From NCBI GenBank assembly GCA_027365385.1, contig DAHXNN010000136.1, forward strand, positions 1 through 41,413: a DNA stretch of 41,413 nucleotides, in the 5' to 3' direction. This document shows positions 19,106 through 30,691 of this stretch, piece after piece. The notes under the pieces were generated by a model. That model searched no databases. It was not told the origin of the DNA and worked only from the letters and a program-made list of their open reading frames with translations. Within the stretch, counting starts at the first letter, position 1, and every line of letters starts with the position of its first letter. The stretch is from Acidimicrobiaceae bacterium (GTDB taxonomy: Bacteria > Actinomycetota > Acidimicrobiia > Acidimicrobiales > Bog-793). A program made the position numbers and the translations under genes.

Positions 19106-21673
19106 TCAGCATGCTCGCAGCTTGTCAAGACAACACAACGCTGCGACATCGACCGCTGGCACCGCCCGGGAGAACAGGTAGCCTTGGCCGAGATCGCAAC
19201 CGAGCGCGCTCAAGCGTGCGAGCTGCTCCGGTGTCTCGATGCCCTCCGCGACGACGATCATGTCGAGATCGTGACCCAGGGAGACCATCGCGCCGAGAAG
19301 GGACTCTGCGTGGGCGGTCTCGGCTCGCGAGCTCACGAACGACTTGTCGATCTTGATGATATCTGGGCGGAGCCTGGCAAGATACGACAGCGACGAATAG
19401 CCGGTCCCGAAGTCGTCGAGCGCGATGGCTACCCCAAGGCGGTGCAGCTCCTCGATGGTGCTCGCTGCTCGCGCGACATCGACGAGCGCCGTGCTCTCGG
19501 TGATCTCGACCACCAGGCGGCCCGGAGCAAGGGGAGCCGTCGAGAGCACATCGTCGATCGACGCAAGAAGAGCGGAATCGTGGAACTGGTGAGCAGACAG
19601 GTTGACCGACACGTACGGGGCCACGCCATCGCCGACCGCCTTCTGCCACGATGCGGCCGCGCGACCGGCCTCGCGAAGCGCGAACTCGCCGAGCTCGGCG
19701 ATGAGGCCACTTCGCTCGGCCAGAGGGATGAAGACGTCGGGTGAGATCGGGCCGCGCGTCCTCTGGTGCCAGCGCATGAGTGCCTCGAAGCCGACGACGG
19801 TTCCACTCGCGAGCTGGACGAGCGGCTGGTAGTGCATCGAGAGCTCGTTCGACGACAGCGCCTGATGCAGCTCTTGGAGAAGAGCGAAGCGGACGGAGAC
19901 CTGCTCGCGCATCTCCGGGGTGAAGGTGGCGAACCCACCCTTGCCTTGGCGCTTGGCTTCGTAGAGTGCGGAATCGGCGTCCTGCAGCAACTCGGCCCAG
20001 TCCGTGCCGAGACGCTTTCGGACCACGACTCCCAGGCTCGCGTGCTGCTCGACGCGCCCACCTCCAAGATAGAAGGGCGCGGCCAGTGCGTCGAGCAGGC
20101 TTCTCGCCACGTCGCCGGCCTCGGCGGCGGATGCGAGTCCCTCCGCGAGATACAGGAACTCGTCCCCGCCGAGGCGGCACAACATGTCGCTCGCGCGCGC
20201 TGTCTTCGATAGGCGACGGGCAAGCTCTACGAGGAGTTGGTCGCCGACATTGTGACCGAGACTGTCGTTGACGGACTTGAAATCGTCGAGGTCGAGCAGC
20301 ATCACTGCGCTCCAGCCGTCGCGACCGTCGCTCACCGAGGACGCGCGCTCGAACCGCTCTTGGAACAGGGACCGGTTCGCGAGCCCGGTAAGTGGGTCGT
20401 GCAGAGCCTGGTGGGAGATCTGGGCAGCAAGCAGGCGCTCCTCGGTCACGTCCCGCACCGAGGCGACGAGGTACACGGGCGCGCCGCTCTCGTCCTTCAC
20501 GACGGCGGTGAGCAGGTTCGCGTCGACGACGTGGCCGTCGCTGTGGAGGTAGCGCTTGACGTAGCTGACGTGCTCGACCTCTCCGGAGACGAGGCGGCGG
20601 TTCATCTCCGCGGTGAGTGCCCGGTCCTCCGGGTGGGTGGCATCGACGAGGTCGCGCCCGAGCATGTCGGCCGCCGTGAGGCCGAGCATGGTGCAGTAGG
20701 AGCGGTTGACGTCGACCAACCGTCCGTCCAGGCTTGCGAGAGCCATGCCGGCGACATTGTTCTCGAAGGCCAGGCGGAAGCGCCTCTCCGCGTCGTCACG
20801 AGCGCGCTCGGCTTGCTCCAGGACGCTGTCGTCGCGGACCATGACGATCGTGTAAGGCGTGGTGTCCGTCGCGAGCGGAGCGAGGGCGATGTCGACAGGC
20901 ATCTCGGCGCCGTCCTGGCGCAGCAGTAGGAGTCCCGGTCGTGCCCCGTGTGGGCGAGTCACGGACGTGCCTCTTGTGCCGTTTCGCTGGGCGACGTGGT
21001 GCTCACGGAAGCCCGCGGGAACGAGCAGCTCGACGGCGCTACCGACGAGCTGCTCGCTCTGGTAGCCCGAGAGCATCTCGAGCTGCCCGTTCGCGTAGCG
21101 GATCGCACCGTCCGCGTCGACGAGAGCGATGCCATAGGGGAGGGCGTCGAACAGGGTGTGCCAGGAGAGGGAATGGCCCTCGATGCTGCCCATGATCCGT
21201 TCGCGCTCTGCCTCGACCATCCGGTGGCGCAGGGAGCGCTCATCCTCGAAGCGGTAGCCGAGAAGTACCGCGGTGACGAGCACCATCGACAAGACGCCCC
21301 ATGCGCCCCAGGCTTCGGTGGAGCTGTGACGGGCGAACAGCTCCTCGGGAGCGAGGAGGGCGATCCCACCGACCGCGGCGCCGAGCGATCCGACGAGCCC
21401 GAATACCGTGCCCGCGTAGACTGTGGGGACGAGCAGCAGCAAGGTCCACACGAAGCCCGGAACCGGGAACACGCCCGCGTCCTGGGCGAGGTCGGCGGCG
21501 AGGTGGACGAGAACGGCGATCACGACCATCGCTTGGACCATCCAGAATCGACGGTCGCCGAGAGGCGGGTGTGCCAGATTCGCGACCATCGAGCCGCGGA
21601 CGGGACGGGACGAGCCGTCGTCGTGCGCGCCGCTGGGCTTGTCGCTCTCTGCCGTCCCGTCGGATCTCGGCAC
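19106..21673 (-). CDS. Membrane-bound PAS-PAS-GGDEF-EAL c-di-GMP enzyme
   Basis: N-terminal TM helices; two PAS/PAC domains; HDPLTGLANR, DLDDFK.VND, RASD I-site with RLGGDEF; FEALMRW, EITES, DDFGTGYSSL, KIDKSFV, AEGIET, QGYLF. Confidence 0.94.
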   Translation of the reverse strand: MPRSDGTAESDKPSGAHDDGSSRPVRGSMVANLAHPPLGDRRFWMVQAMVVIAVLVHLAADLAQDAGVFPVPGFVWTLLLLVPTVYAGTVFGLVGSLGAAVGGIALLAPEELFARHSSTEAWGAWGVLSMVLVTAVLLGYRFEDERSLRHRMVEAERERIMGSIEGHSLSWHTLFDALPYGIALVDADGAIRYANGQLEMLSGYQSEQLVGSAVELLVPAGFREHHVAQRNGTRGTSVTRPHGARPGLLLLRQDGAEMPVDIALAPLATDTTPYTIVMVRDDSVLEQAERARDDAERRFRLAFENNVAGMALASLDGRLVDVNRSYCTMLGLTAADMLGRDLVDATHPEDRALTAEMNRRLVSGEVEHVSYVKRYLHSDGHVVDANLLTAVVKDESGAPVYLVASVRDVTEERLLAAQISHQALHDPLTGLANRSLFQERFERASSVSDGRDGWSAVMLLDLDDFKSVNDSLGHNVGDQLLVELARRLSKTARASDMLCRLGGDEFLYLAEGLASAAEAGDVARSLLDALAAPFYLGGGRVEQHASLGVVVRKRLGTDWAELLQDADSALYEAKRQGKGGFATFTPEMREQVSVRFALLQELHQALSSNELSMHYQPLVQLASGTVVGFEALMRWHQRTRGPISPDVFIPLAERSGLIAELGEFALREAGRAAASWQKAVGDGVAPYVSVNLSAHQFHDSALLASIDDVLSTAPLAPGRLVVEITESTALVDVARAASTIEELHRLGVAIALDDFGTGYSSLSYLARLRPDIIKIDKSFVSSRAETAHAESLLGAMVSLGHDLDMIVVAEGIETPEQLARLSALGCDLGQGYLFSRAVPAVDVAALCCLDKLRAC

Positions 21674-22040
21674 GTCTACTCTCGCCCCACGGACTCGCCT
21701 ACCAGCCTTGCTGTCGGATCGAGCCGGCAGATCGTCGAGTCGACGTCCGTGGGCTCGACGTCGAGGGGACCGCTTCCTTCGAACGGGGCCACCGGAGGAT
21801 CATTGCTACAGCCTACGGTTCGATCCACGGCGCGGTGAAGGAGAAATCCTGGGCATCCCGGCCGAGCGGCTCGGCAGTGCGAGGTAGGCGGAGAACTGGG
21901 CCAGGTTGCCGCGAATGCCATGTGATCAACCTTTATTGCTCAACCACACGACAAGTGGATCCGTAAGGCATGCGGCCACAGCGCATGTGGCGCGGGGCGG
22001 CATCGTGCCGTGCGGGCATGCTAGCGAGAGGGGTGGGGCC

Positions 22041-24593
22041 ATGTCGCGTGGGAGCAATGGCGGGGGTAGCGGGTCAGGTTACGCCGCATCGACCGCACGG
22101 CCGTTCGCGCTGCGCGAGCGGGACGTCGTGGCGGTACGCGGCGGTTCGAGCGCCACGCAAGGTATCGCCGCCGCTGCGTCCTATCCGCGAACCGACCCGA
22201 TCCCGCCGGAGCGCCCCACGGCCGCTGCCCCATCTCCGACCGGGGCCTTGGACGATGTCGCCGCCGACATCCCCTTCGACGTCCCCTTCGATGTCTCTGC
22301 CGAGCGGCGTCTCCGATCCACGCAGGCGAGCAGGCGGCCGATCGGGCCGGGACGAGCCATCCGCGACCTGAGCGTACGCAGAAGGCTGCTCGTCATCTTC
22401 CTCGCCCTTGCCCTGCTCTTCGCCGCCTGCATGGCCGTCTCGTTCTCCGCGATCTCCTCCGGCCGGTCCTCGACGGCCTCCGCCGACTCCTTCACGGCGA
22501 GCTATGCCACTGTCGATGCCGCCTACCAGGGCTGGACCATGGACGACTCGCAGACCAATGCCTACGTCGCCCTCGCTCTCTACGGCAACCCGTCCCCGAG
22601 CGTGCTCGCTGGCCAATGGCGACTGGTCGAGCAAGGTCACGCCACCGCGTTGTCCGAGCTGACGAAGCTCGCCACGCTCGACAGCGGACCTGGTTCGGCG
22701 TCGTTGCGGGCCCAGGTGGGTCGCGCGAAGGCAGATCTCGCCGCGTACAACGTCTTCACCAACGAGGTCCACAGGAGCGTCCTCGCGCACCATCTCGGCG
22801 AGGCGGCTCAGGTCGTGGACACGACGAACGGCGCGGTGTCGAGCGCGATGGCAGCTGCCTTTACGGGATTCGAGCGGGAGTTCAAGGCTCGGGCCTCTGC
22901 CCTCAAGTCGTCATCCCTCGCTTCGGCCGGTCAGAACCAGCTCCTTCTCGTCGTCTTCCTCGCCGTCGCTGTGCTCCTCGCTGTGCTCCTCGTCCGCTGG
23001 CTGACCGGCACGATCACCCGGCCGCTCGAGATCGTCGGCGAGACGCTGCGCCGTGTCGCACGTGGCGACCTTTCAGCCCGTGCCGCCGTCGAGACGCGAG
23101 ACGAGCTCGGCGAGGTCGCCGGCCTTCTCAACCAGGCGATCACGGCTCAGGCAGCCGCCCAAGAGGACCTTGCCGCACGAAGCGCCGAAGACGCCGAGGC
23201 GGCCGCCGACACGAGAGCGGCTGGAGAGGTCGTGGGTGTCGTGCAGGGCATGACGAGCACCGACGAGGCGGTCACCGGCATCCTCGAGGTGATGAAGCGG
23301 TCCTTCTCCTTCGCCCGGGGGACCTTCCTGGACGGCGCCGAGCACGGCACCGGGACAGGGCTCGTCGCGCGCGCATGGCAGAGTCGCGATGTCGTGCTCG
23401 TCGGTGACCTCGGCTCCGTCGTCGGCGACCCTCGAGCCGAGAGCGCTGCCCGCGACGGTGCCCGTACGGCGCTCGCCCTCCCGATGGTCGCCGATGGCGA
23501 GACCATCGGGGTCATCGAGCTGTATTCGAAGGAAAGGTACGGTAGTGCCGGGCGGCGTCTCGAGGTCTTCCGGAGCCTTGCGCAGTCGCTCTCGGCCGCG
23601 CTCGAGAGGATAGCGGCACGCGAGCGGGAGCATCTCGCCGAAGCGGAGCTGCGCGCAAAGGTCGAAGACATTCTCGTAGTCGTGAACGCAGCTGGCGACG
23701 GCGACCTGACTGTCGTCGTGCCCGTATCGGGAGACGATCCTGTGGGCCAGGTCGGCGAGAGCCTCGCTCGGTTCCTCGCCGATCTTCGGAGTCGCATCGC
23801 GGCGATAAGTGGGAACAGCCAGAGCCTCGCGTCGGCCGCCGAGCAGCTGGCGACGACGGCGGCGCAGATGTCTGTCGGCGCGGAGGAGACTGCCGCCCAG
23901 GCGAACGTCGTGTCCGACACGTCGGGAGTCGTGGCGGGCAACGTCGAGACTGTCGCTGCTGCGGCCGAGGAGCTCACTGCGTCGATCCGGGAGATCGCGA
24001 AGAACGCCGCTGACGCGTCGCGTGTGGCGACACTCGCTGCAGAGGTGGCGTCGACGACCAACGCGCAGGTCGCAAGGCTCGGAGAGTCGTCGGAGGAGAT
24101 CGGCAAGGTCGTCAAGGTCATCACCCAGATCGCGCAGCAGACGAATCTCCTGGCGCTCAACGCCACGATCGAGGCTGCGAGGGCGGGCGAAGCTGGCAAG
24201 GGCTTCGCTGTCGTCGCCAGCGAGGTGAAGGACCTCGCACGCGAGACGGCGATCGCGACCGAGGATATCGGTGCGAAGATCGGTGCGATCCAGGGTGACA
24301 CAGAGGGTGCCGTGGCGGCCATCGGCCAGATCGGCCACATCGTCGCTCAGATCAACGACCTCCAGGCCACGATCGCGTCGGCAGTAGAGGAGCAGACGGC
24401 GACCACGAACGAGATCGCTCGCTCCGTGTCGAGCGCTGCGCAGGGCGCCGCCGAGATCACGGGCAACATCAGCGGTGTCGCCGACGTCGCGCGGTCGACC
24501 TCGGCAGGTACGGCAGAGACCACCCGCTCTGCCGGCGAGCTCGCACGCATGGCCGCAGACCTCCAAGCTCTGGTCGGGCGCTTCGTGTTCTGA
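22041..24593 (+). CDS. Methyl-accepting chemotaxis protein (TM-sensor-TM-HAMP-GAF-HAMP-signalling domain)
   Basis: [37 protein letters not shown] signalling tip; HAMP ITRPL...GDLS...DELGE; GAF-like [16 protein letters not shown]. Start uncertain. Confidence 0.92.
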   Translation: MSRGSNGGGSGSGYAASTARPFALRERDVVAVRGGSSATQGIAAAASYPRTDPIPPERPTAAAPSPTGALDDVAADIPFDVPFDVSAERRLRSTQASRRPIGPGRAIRDLSVRRRLLVIFLALALLFAACMAVSFSAISSGRSSTASADSFTASYATVDAAYQGWTMDDSQTNAYVALALYGNPSPSVLAGQWRLVEQGHATALSELTKLATLDSGPGSASLRAQVGRAKADLAAYNVFTNEVHRSVLAHHLGEAAQVVDTTNGAVSSAMAAAFTGFEREFKARASALKSSSLASAGQNQLLLVVFLAVAVLLAVLLVRWLTGTITRPLEIVGETLRRVARGDLSARAAVETRDELGEVAGLLNQAITAQAAAQEDLAARSAEDAEAAADTRAAGEVVGVVQGMTSTDEAVTGILEVMKRSFSFARGTFLDGAEHGTGTGLVARAWQSRDVVLVGDLGSVVGDPRAESAARDGARTALALPMVADGETIGVIELYSKERYGSAGRRLEVFRSLAQSLSAALERIAAREREHLAEAELRAKVEDILVVVNAAGDGDLTVVVPVSGDDPVGQVGESLARFLADLRSRIAAISGNSQSLASAAEQLATTAAQMSVGAEETAAQANVVSDTSGVVAGNVETVAAAAEELTASIREIAKNAADASRVATLAAEVASTTNAQVARLGESSEEIGKVVKVITQIAQQTNLLALNATIEAARAGEAGKGFAVVASEVKDLARETAIATEDIGAKIGAIQGDTEGAVAAIGQIGHIVAQINDLQATIASAVEEQTATTNEIARSVSSAAQGAAEITGNISGVADVARSTSAGTAETTRSAGELARMAADLQALVGRFVF

Positions 24594-24818
24594 CGGTCCC
24601 GGTAGGGTGGGGCGCCTGTGACACCACGGGACGTGCACGACCCAGGCTGATCCGGCGGACGTCGAGCCGTCGCCGACGGAGGCGAAGCCGGCGAGCTCAG
24701 GTGCGCCGGACGCGTCGGCGGGCTGGGAGGACGACCCCGATCCCCTCTGCTCGCCGGTCCGCCGGTCCGCTGCGTTGGCCGGGACCATGATGCGACCTAT
24801 GCCAGGGTGCTCACGTCG

Positions 24819-24891
24819 TGGGGCCGGCAGGGATCGAACCTGCGACCCAGGGATTATGAGTCCCCTGCTCTGACCACTGAGCTACGGCCCC
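24819..24891 (-). tRNA. tRNA with CAT anticodon, most likely tRNA-Ile2 (lysidine type)
   Basis: Reverse complement GGGGCCGTAGCTCAGTGGTCAGAGCAGGGGACTCATAATCCCTGGGTCGCAGGTTCGATCCCTGCCGGCCCCA: 7-bp acceptor stem, CTCATAA anticodon loop, GTTCGA T-arm; CCA not encoded. Confidence 0.9.
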
Positions 24892-24910
24892 TCGAGGCAA
24901 TCCGGTAAAG

Positions 24911-24983
24911 CTCCGGGGGAGAGACTCGAACTCTCAACCCTGCGGTTAACAGCCGCATGCTCTGCCAATTGAGCTACCCCGGA
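24911..24983 (-). tRNA. tRNA-Asn (GTT)
   Basis: Reverse complement TCCGGGGTAGCTCAATTGGCAGAGCATGCGGCTGTTAACCGCAGGGTTGAGAGTTCGAGTCTCTCCCCCGGAG; TATCGT -10-like hexamer at 24993-24998. Confidence 0.95.
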
Positions 24984-25216
24984 ATAGCTCGAACGATAGC
25001 AGCGCCGTCACGGCCGGTCGGCATCGAGGCGGCCGAAGCAGCCGGGCTCGACGCGGCCTACCGGGCCGCCTGGGCTGCGGGTCGCCTACGGGCGCAGGGA
25101 CCCGGTCGCCCTGACGAGCCTCAAGCGCACGACTGCGCGAGCGTTAGGACAGGTAGTGCTGCCGTCTCGGGGGAGATCTCCCGGTCTCCGGCGGCAGGCG
25201 CGCGTCCGGAGGCGAC

Positions 25217-26431
25217 ATGACCATTGGGGTCCAGTGCGAGAGCTGCACGTGCCAGGAGCTGGCTCAGGGCGCCGCCGGGACCCGACTCCTCGTCGCGAGC
25301 AACGTCGCCCACTCGATTGCCACCGTGCGTCGCGCCTGCAGGCACGCGGGTGGGACGGTCACGACCACCGAGTCCGGCATGGTCGAGATCACCGCCGAGG
25401 ACGTCGCAGCGGTGCTCCACGCGATCGCCGGCGAGCTGACGAGCGTCGAGCGGGAGGAGGTCCGTGTCCTCAGCGTCGCGAACCCGCCGGGCACAGCAGC
25501 ACGAGCAGGTGGCTTCCACGGGCTGGGCGGCACCGGCGTGCTCGCGGGGGCACTCCGCGCCCCGACGCTCGCCCAGCTCGACGCGCGGGCCACGCATGGC
25601 GACCTCGCAGCGCTGCTCGCCGACGAGCTCGCTCGTTTCTACAGCGTCTACCAGCCCATCGTGCGCCTGGACGACGGGGCGATCGCGGGCCACGAGGCAC
25701 TGCTCAGAGCATCGAGCCCCTCGGGGCGGGTGATGCCGGACGAGATGTTCGCTGCGGCAGCAGAGGCGGGGTGGATCCATGTGCTCGACCGGGTCGGCCG
25801 CACGACGGCGCTCCGCGGCGCGCAGGGTTGGATCGGAGACGACCTCCTCTTCGTCAACTTCGTTCCGACGACGATCTACCGTCCCGAGGTCTGCCTCCGC
25901 ACGACCGAACGCGCGGCCATAGACTCCGGACTCCGTCTCGACCAGCTCGTCTTCGAGATCACCGAGAGCGAAGAGGTGCGCGACGTCGACCACTTGGCGC
26001 ACCTCTTCGCCTACTACAAGGCCAAGGGCTGCAAGGTCGCTCTCGACGACCTCGGCTCGGGATTCTCCTCGCTCAACCTGATGGTGCGCCTCGAGCCCGA
26101 CATCGTCAAGATCGACCGCGAGACGGTCCAGCGGCTTCCCGGCAAGGTCGCGACCGCGATAGTCGGAGCCATCGTCGACATCGGGCGCGCGGCGGGAACG
26201 GTGGTGCTCGCCGAGGGCATCGAGACGGCCGAGCAGGCGAGCGCCGCCAGGGATCTCGGGGTCGAGCTCGCTCAGGGCTGGTACTTCGGCCGGCCGGTGC
26301 TCCGCACGCAGCACGCTTCGGCACTCGCCGCGGACCGCAGGCCGTATTCCGCCGCGCCCAACGTGGCAGGGCTCCAGCGGGTGCACGGCGTCGACCCCGC
26401 TGTCGCCGCGCGACCGGCCACGCCAGGGTGA
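25217..26431 (+). CDS. Stand-alone EAL-domain c-di-GMP phosphodiesterase with an uncharacterised Cys-rich N-terminal domain
   Basis: YQPIV, HEALLR, FVNF.P, VFEITESE, ALDDLGSGFSSL, VKIDR, LAEGIET, QGWYFGRP; GGAGG RBS. Confidence 0.92.
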   Translation: MTIGVQCESCTCQELAQGAAGTRLLVASNVAHSIATVRRACRHAGGTVTTTESGMVEITAEDVAAVLHAIAGELTSVEREEVRVLSVANPPGTAARAGGFHGLGGTGVLAGALRAPTLAQLDARATHGDLAALLADELARFYSVYQPIVRLDDGAIAGHEALLRASSPSGRVMPDEMFAAAAEAGWIHVLDRVGRTTALRGAQGWIGDDLLFVNFVPTTIYRPEVCLRTTERAAIDSGLRLDQLVFEITESEEVRDVDHLAHLFAYYKAKGCKVALDDLGSGFSSLNLMVRLEPDIVKIDRETVQRLPGKVATAIVGAIVDIGRAAGTVVLAEGIETAEQASAARDLGVELAQGWYFGRPVLRTQHASALAADRRPYSAAPNVAGLQRVHGVDPAVAARPATPG

Positions 26432-26459
26432 CCCTGGGAAAAGACCAGGGTCACCCTGG
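26423..26459. repeat. Perfect 15-bp inverted repeat whose arms are each 7-1-7 palindromes
   Basis: CCAGGGTGACCCTGG-gaaaaga-CCAGGGTCACCCTGG, overlapping the EAL gene stop. Confidence 0.85.
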
Positions 26460-26492
26460 TAGGACAGGGCGACGCCGGACGCGCGGACCCAG

Positions 26493-26537
26493 CGCGACCC
26501 CCCGGGCCGGGGAAGCTCTCCCAGCCCGGGGGTCGCG
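26493..26537 (-). terminator. GC-rich hairpin just downstream of satP (probable terminator)
   Basis: cgcgacccccc-gggc-cgggga / tccc-agcccggg-ggtcgcg imperfect stem of about 19 bp between convergent genes; no U-tract. Confidence 0.5.
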
Positions 26538-26543
26538 GCAGGC

Positions 26544-27182
26544 CTAGCCGAGCGGCCAGACGGGCAGCACGACCTTCTTCCACGTCGCGTTCGTGACCCC
26601 GGCGAACGACGCGTACCAGGCGAGTGCCGCGGTGACCAGGCCGGCATAGCCGCCCACGTGCGTGATGTTGGTGCTCTGGTCGAGCGCACCGGCTGCCAGC
26701 AACGCGAACGTGACCGTGAGGGCGAGGAACACCGCCGCTACCGCCGCGTTGGTCCTCAGGCTCGCGACGAGCATGTAGGCCGTGAAGATCGTCCACATGA
26801 GGAGGAAGTAGCCCGTCGCCTGGTAGGCGGTTGCCGCCGGCAGCCCGCCGGCGACGTAGCGGACGTAGTAGAAGAACGCGATCCAGAAGGCTCCATAGGA
26901 GGTGAAGGCCAGCGCGCCGAAGGTGTTCTTGTTCTTCAGCTCCCACATTCCGGCCAGCAGCTGGGCGGCGCCGCCATAGACGAGTGCGAGCGGGAGCACC
27001 ACACCTTCGAGGTTGCCGGCGAGGACGCCGGCGTTGAACAGGCTGAGCAAGAACGTCGTCATAGCGAAGCCGGCCAGCCCGATCGGGGCGGGATCGCCTA
27101 TCGGCGACGTCACCGTCGCCTCGACGCTCGTCGCTCTCGCGGGTATGGCCTGTGTGCCTGTTCCCGTGCTCGGTTCACTCAT
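26544..27182 (-). CDS. satP: Acetate uptake transporter (SatP/YaaH/GPR1/FUN34 family)
   Basis: DPAPIGLAGFAMTT, YGGAAQLLAGMWE, NTFGALAFTSYGAFW, GG.AGL.TA.LAWY; directly downstream of acs. Confidence 0.92.
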   Translation of the reverse strand: MSEPSTGTGTQAIPARATSVEATVTSPIGDPAPIGLAGFAMTTFLLSLFNAGVLAGNLEGVVLPLALVYGGAAQLLAGMWELKNKNTFGALAFTSYGAFWIAFFYYVRYVAGGLPAATAYQATGYFLLMWTIFTAYMLVASLRTNAAVAAVFLALTVTFALLAAGALDQSTNITHVGGYAGLVTAALAWYASFAGVTNATWKKVVLPVWPLG

Positions 27183-27369
27183 CTCGTGGTTCCCCCTTCG
27201 TTGGGTCGTCTCGACGCAATCCGGTGGTCCCATCGCGCAGCCGCGATCCCCTGGACGACCCCCGGGTGCTGCTTGGAGCTTCTCGTTCCTCCTTTCCCTG
27301 CCGAGCTGGTAGTGAGTGGAGCTACAGCCGCGACGCAGGCCGGAATGCGGCCGACCCGATCACCGCGCG

Positions 27370-29352
<1,983 letters not shown>

Positions 29353-29665
29353 CGCGCGTCCCCTCTCGCCTTGCTCGTCGGTCACCCACGTGGCCGCACC
29401 CCGGGATGCAGGCGTGCCGGTCTGCGACCTTGTGGCGGTCACCCGCGAGCCTCAGCGCGGTGGCTGGTGCCTGCTCCCGCCCAGCAGGTCTAGCCCGCCC
29501 CCACCGCACCGGTCGGTCGCAGCATCGTCGGACGACCCAGTTATACGGTGATGAGAAGCTCGGCACAAGGACCTGCTGGACGGCGTCACATGTCGCCACG
29601 AGAGCGCAACGTCAGGGACACATTTCCGCAATGACAGCCGGTGCGACGCCGCCCTATGTGTGCGG

Positions 29666-30691
29666 TCAGTCCGATCCCAGATAGTCGCGCAGCGGGCGCG
29701 AGAGAGCGGGCTGCCGGAGCTTCGCAAGCGTCTTCGTCTCGATCTGGCGGACGCGCTCGCGTGTCACTCCGAAGATCTGCCCGACCTCTTCGAGGGTGCG
29801 GACGCGCCCGTCGTCCAGGCCGAAGCGCAACCGGACGACTTCCTGCTCTCTCGGCGAGAGCTCGCCGAGCGCTCGCTGGACCGCCTCGTTGAGCATCACC
29901 CGCGTCGCCACGTCGACCGGCACCTCGGCGCAGCGGTCCTCGACGAGGTCGGAGAGGCTGAAGTCGTCCTCGTCGCCGATCGGCTGCTCGAGCGAGACCG
30001 TGTCCTGACTTATGCGCTGGATCTCGAGGACCCGTTCGACGGGGAACTGGATCCGTACGGCGACCTCCTCCACAGTCGGCTCTCGTCCGAGCTCCTGGGA
30101 CAGCTGCCGCTGGACGCGCACGATCTTGTTGATCGTCTCGACCATGTGGACCGGTATGCGGATCGTGCGCGCCTGGTCTGCGACCGCCCGCGTGATCGCC
30201 TGGCGGATCCACCACGTCGCATAGGTCGAGAACTTGAAGCCCTTGCGGTAGTCGAACTTCTCGACGGCGCGCATGAGCCCGAGATTCCCCTCTTGTATCA
30301 GGTCGAGGAACGCCATGCCGCGGTTGCGGTAGCGCTTGGCGATCGAGACGACGAGGCGGAGGTTCGCCTCGGTGAGGAGGTCCTTCGCTTCGAGACCTTC
30401 GGCGACGAGGCGCTCGGCTGAGCGCCGCTCCGGAGAGGGGACACTCGAGAGGCTCCCGTCCGAGCTCCACGCCTCGAGTCGCGCCGCCGCTTCTTGTCCG
30501 AGCTCGATGCGCTTCGCGCAGAGCACTTCGAGGTCCGCCGAGAGCAGCGAGACCCTACCGATCTCGCGTAGATAGGCCCGCACGGTGTCGCCTGCGGGCG
30601 AGCCGGGAGCGCCCGCCGAGCCTCCGCCCCTAAGCGCTCGCAGAGCGACACCGTCGGCGTCGCTCTCGTCCGTCAGGTCGATGCGCGCCAT
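29666..30691 (-). CDS. rpoD: RpoD/SigA-family sigma-70 factor lacking a region 1.1
   Basis: [11 protein letters not shown] (1.2), [90 protein letters not shown]; GGAGG RBS. Primary versus paralogous status cannot be settled from this window. Confidence 0.88.
   Translation of the reverse strand: MARIDLTDESDADGVALRALRGGGSAGAPGSPAGDTVRAYLREIGRVSLLSADLEVLCAKRIELGQEAAARLEAWSSDGSLSSVPSPERRSAERLVAEGLEAKDLLTEANLRLVVSIAKRYRNRGMAFLDLIQEGNLGLMRAVEKFDYRKGFKFSTYATWWIRQAITRAVADQARTIRIPVHMVETINKIVRVQRQLSQELGREPTVEEVAVRIQFPVERVLEIQRISQDTVSLEQPIGDEDDFSLSDLVEDRCAEVPVDVATRVMLNEAVQRALGELSPREQEVVRLRFGLDDGRVRTLEEVGQIFGVTRERVRQIETKTLAKLRQPALSRPLRDYLGSD

Noticed and set aside
21674-22040. c-di-GMP riboswitch or CRP/GlxR site between the GGDEF-EAL and MCP genes
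   Set aside because: No recognisable class I/II riboswitch core; TGTGA at 21921 lacks a matching TCACA half-site.
24600-24891. tRNA-anchored integrative element
   Set aside because: No integrase, and no duplicated tRNA 3' end seen within the window.
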